Source: Terracidiphilus sp.
Lineage (GTDB): Bacteria; Acidobacteriota; Terriglobia; Terriglobales; Acidobacteriaceae
Length of the DNA: 64,000 bases
Assembly: GCA_049515995.1 (NCBI GenBank)
Contig: JBEKTO010000004.1
Span: 30,042 to 94,041, forward strand
Direction of reading: 5' to 3'
Below the pieces are notes generated by a model. It ran no database searches. It was not told the origin of the DNA and saw only the letters and a program-made list of their open reading frames with translations. Positions within the stretch are counted from its first letter, which is position 1, and each line of letters opens with the position of its first letter. The position numbers and the translations under genes were made by a program. Positions 63,601 to 64,000 of this stretch are shown in pieces.

Positions 63601-64000
63601 ATCACCATCGACCGCCAGGCTTCGGGCGTAGTGCAGCGCTACGATAGCGGCTGGCAGGCGGCCAGCGACGGCCTGTTCAATTACCCGGCCGCCACCGGCA
63701 TTGCCGCCGATCAGGTTCATGCCGGTCTTCTCTCCGGGCTCATCAACGTCAAGAACATTCAGGAACTCGGCTTCCCCCTGAGCACGCAAGGCACGCAGGA
63801 CAATACAGGCCCTGGCACCTCCACAACGGCACCCACGCCGGGCACGGTCACGGTTCAGCCGGTGACCTTCGACGCGGACGTCGCCATCCAGCCGCAGCAC
63901 CAGGTTCTGCTGGGTGGCGCAAAGCTGCCCGACCTCAACGGCCAGATGCGTGTCTGCGTTCCATCGACGGGCGTCACCGGATTCATCCCCCTCACCTACG
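60676..64000 (+). CDS. Giant hypothetical protein, >1108 aa, truncated by the window end
   Basis: GAGGAGG SD at 60664-60670, ATG 60676; I translated this frame by hand with no stop to 64000; missing from the ORF track because no stop is present. Confidence 0.85.
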   Translation, partial: MAMLQRLSADAIASELSKLPLLTAPAPSTLDAVRIAIARAIASGQSADQLSTELGLPAGWQGTDLSLPPAAGSSGPNAAVSAPQNAVPDWIGKIVPLALAKATLTRIAVLDREPTALGGLEGPAWARALQPSATYGPVTVASASLQIDVSKWIHVYHFSETVEFMRAGSVLCVLPLSGLHFGSSTQASIASGSAWIAVNPFDASAPAGSFAGIAVQSGALACDQPISLASAVVDVPAGATISVTLTPAPQPAGAAASPVTATGPGTILAVFPPTGTPSIVYDLCSATLCGDSIQVEGSIDVAGSNQPAAYNADLQMLYLPGYALAAEFTPALSPGSVMSLGGAAPLQSAGWALAVSESATPATLGAADVPGYFAMVFGAGLTCQWTGLSHPETAAGGFLLAQNGQLVLSALSGSAPGVWVKQRFQLWQDQDSTNKRRCQLVAGRNAGQTLLYALAGNEEILELGAVLEALVDRPVLASGARVPAIFVEGIVGLIRNHSNYRLLAYSNAPLPETTGANQTPTIYPLALDNALLEVGEPLALLMEARTDAQFNASEGLLLLLFEYLLAELYLPDPYTGSLAAAAVDRSPVNFNSSASGGSVLAGFLLAEVVWTAPDKVALRLMDLEHPHPALPPGAEAGSTAVPPLEYQPLTPLHLETAAPGTGAAPAKAKIADESVAPKQPPEPLPAPAAGAILLDLSTRASQLGVEVETGERQDREYTIDGLSVRGPASLLPLTTLPAIAWEPMYNMSTDPRVNLGVDNNVLLHPPGDGPFSQVRATSATLIPISPLQSLQAVLDAGTGKFNAQLTLPFGMVGVLSETTENGTILPELTLVQPSFAAASTPSGAIYTGAWQLSFAAPDPTQPDPVLAGRTYLRTPADNPPSGLSYGEMVLGTDVQSIFSSEFDPPAGSNVGTGVPLRRYDLTGYGASTFSEWTDTSQATTGVIKAYFHVLVGRTSHEVIQVQSLVYPWAIKVIRTITIDRQASGVVQRYDSGWQAASDGLFNYPAATGIAADQVHAGLLSGLINVKNIQELGFPLSTQGTQDNTGPGTSTTAPTPGTVTVQPVTFDADVAIQPQHQVLLGGAKLPDLNGQMRVCVPSTGVTGFIPLTY

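Overview
High-GC bacterial chromosome segment. Gene content, gene style and repeat families suggest Acidobacteriota (Acidobacteriaceae-like); this is an inference. Bases 1-50100 are mostly core or conserved genes: MsbA-like ABC (partial), yicC-gmk-rpoZ-coaBC-udg, priA, HU, dcd, lpxL-like/lpxD, fliB, a TetR-regulated flavoprotein pair, xseB, yitJ, bshB1, aqpZ, phoBR-pstS, cyaY, a PAS-PAS-GGDEF protein, a TetR-HlyD-ABC efflux operon, bshA and an hpnK-like gene. A lower-GC ParB-like + Mrr-like nuclease gene pair interrupts this region. A 9.6-kb element is integrated at tRNA-Val(TAC), bounded by a 17-bp att direct repeat (50156/59763). It carries two P4-family integrases with separate arm-type repeats, AlpA, a Rep-like orphan followed by phased repeats, a helicase-less type ISP/IIG-like restriction-modification enzyme and a DUF4236 protein. 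It also has a cis region that resembles a lambda-type cos site (cosQ-cosN-cosB/IHF) but no terminase or capsid gene, so it is a candidate cos-hijacking phage satellite. The window is also peppered with REP-like palindromes, several inserted in frame inside housekeeping genes, and has two G3N4 heptamer arrays at gene ends. A giant ORF (>1108 aa) starts at 60676 and runs off the window; it is absent from the supplied ORF track. All calls are from motif recognition only; no searches were run.
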